Assembly: GCA_018657525.1 (NCBI GenBank)
Contig: JABHWZ010000003.1
Location: 14,840-78,839 of the forward strand
Origin: an archaeon
GTDB taxonomy: Archaea; Nanobdellota; Nanobdellia; Pacearchaeales; GW2011-AR1
Direction of reading: 5' to 3'
Length of the DNA stretch: 64,000 nt
How positions within the stretch are numbered: the first letter of the stretch is position 1; every line of letters begins with the position of its first letter. Below the pieces are notes generated by a model. It made no database searches. It saw only the letters and a program-made list of their open reading frames with translations, and was not told the origin of the DNA. Of the stretch, positions 63,054 through 64,000 are shown one piece after another. Both the position numbers and the translations under genes were made by a program.

Positions 63054-63161
63054 GTTTTGTAAAAGGAAAGCGAGTTTATAAATTTTTGATTTTTAATTGG
63101 GTTATCCTAGGGATAGATTAATTTGGGAATATTTAAAAGGGAGTAAATTGCTTTTTTAATT

Positions 63162-63653
63162 ATGGTTTGGCGAGTTTGTTCAGGACAAGATAGAAATGAA
63201 GTAATAGGGTTTTTAACAGAGATGGATAGAGAAATTTCTCCTCCAGTTTCAACTTTTCCAGGAGGATTAGGGGGAGTTGTCGATTTATTTTTAAAAAAAG
63301 GAAAAATCTTAATTGCAGAATATAAAACTAAACCAGTTGGGTTATTAGGATATTGTTTGGGGGAGCCATCAACAGATTATTGTGATTCTTCTGTCGGATA
63401 CATATATTTGACTATTTTGCACCCAGAGTATAGGGGGAAACCCTCAATTTCTAAAGAATTATTAAAGAGAGTTACAAAGGAAATGGAAATTGATGGAGTA
63501 AAAGAAGTTCGGTTTAAAGCATATAAAGATAATGAATACACAACTGAATTGTATTCTAAACTTGCTAAACCTGTTAGAGAAGAACTTAATACTCAAGGAA
63601 AATTATGTGTTCTTTACGGGGTTGATTTGAAAGAGTGGAAAGAAAGATTTTAA
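63162..63653 (+). CDS. GNAT-family acetyltransferase
   Basis: YRGKPSISKELL in the acetyl-CoA loop position. About 160 aa. Confidence 0.55.
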   Translation: MVWRVCSGQDRNEVIGFLTEMDREISPPVSTFPGGLGGVVDLFLKKGKILIAEYKTKPVGLLGYCLGEPSTDYCDSSVGYIYLTILHPEYRGKPSISKELLKRVTKEMEIDGVKEVRFKAYKDNEYTTELYSKLAKPVREELNTQGKLCVLYGVDLKEWKERF

Positions 63654-63830
63654 TTTAAATTTATCCCTGAATTTCTGTGCCTATAAATTTCTTTTGATTT
63701 AGTAAATTATCTAATTGTTTCATGTTTTGTCCGAGGATGTAAGTCGGGATTTTATTTTGTTATCCTTGGCAAAAACTAACTTTTATTTTTAAACAAAAAC
63801 ATTTATAAGTGAGTTATAACATGTTATAAC

Positions 63831-64000
63831 ATGCAAAAATTAATAAAACCAATAGTTAAAGTAGGAAATTCAGCAGGAGTAATTCTCCCAAAAAAATGGT
63901 TACATCATGAAGCAAAAATAGAAATTATAGTTAAAACTCCAAATATTTTAGAAATCTTACAGCAGGAAAAAATACCTTTAGAAAAAGTAAAAGGAATCTA
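63831..64000 (+). CDS. AbrB/SpoVT-domain protein, 3'-truncated by the window end
   Basis: MQKLIKPIVKVGNSAGVILPKKW. Confidence 0.5.
   Translation, partial: MQKLIKPIVKVGNSAGVILPKKWLHHEAKIEIIVKTPNILEILQQEKIPLEKVKGI

Noticed and set aside
1-64000. Search by eye for an integrase, transposase, Cas1 or reverse transcriptase that could mobilise the elements.
   Set aside because: None of the ORFs shows R..HxxR..Y, DDE, HUH, YxDD or Cas1-like signatures that I can recognise. Absence from this window does not exclude a trans-acting enzyme elsewhere in the genome.

Overview
This is a strongly AT-rich, gene-dense chromosomal segment of an archaeon, with short spacers and many 1-8 nt start/stop overlaps. 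Recognisable genes are RadB, type IA topoisomerase, family-B DNA polymerase, FEN1, RFC small and large subunits, an NreA-like protein, TFS, two Cdc48 paralogs, MetAP2, PheRS alpha/beta, L41e, an Rpp30-like protein, EndoIII, archaeal signal peptidase, a Trm5-like methylase and an NSUN methylase. There is also a tRNA with a canonical bulge-helix-bulge intron, TTTATAAA boxes about 20-25 nt upstream of starts, and many unassignable small membrane proteins. Together these fit a small-genome, DPANN-like archaeon; this is inference, since no database search was possible. I recognised no rRNA, CRISPR array, cas gene, integrase, transposase or reverse transcriptase. The most interesting signal is not a gene. 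At about 20 places, short (about 30-260 nt), comparatively GC-rich, hairpin-forming modules recur, built from shared blocks: GATACCCT..GGGCACGAGA, a hairpin with a GGAGGCAAUU loop, CTCGCC/TTCCCAACC, AATTTCGCGTAA and ACACTGCTCAGTGT. They sit (i) at the 3' ends of all three tRNA genes, (ii) at the 5' or 3' ends of protein genes, and (iii) in frame inside essential genes (PolB twice, Trm5-like twice, NSUN once). In cases (i) and (ii) a second, third or fourth copy of the host gene end flanks the insert. For the NSUN, RFC-S and HerA-like genes the extra 3' end encodes the same peptide with different codons, and the extra 5' ends at Cdc48-2 and TFS share only their first codons with the real gene in the same way. 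That is the signature of att-type gene-end replacement, yet the intervening DNA is tiny and no recombinase is present. I read this as a previously undescribed family of miniature, gene-end-duplicating, in-frame-tolerated elements, comparable to Rickettsia palindromic elements combined with tRNA-att accretion. The mechanism is unknown. Other items worth a second look: a 6 kb run of alternating-strand membrane proteins near a HerA/DUF87 ATPase; a shared TM-N-x-T-G-N-A/V-I-TM C-terminal module in three proteins; a four-gene cassette splitting rfcS from rfcL; a bacterial-type PduL-acetate kinase pair; and a five-gene overlapping kinase/radical-SAM/nucleotidyltransferase operon. All coordinates of RNA genes, repeats and revised starts were derived by hand and may be off by a few nt.
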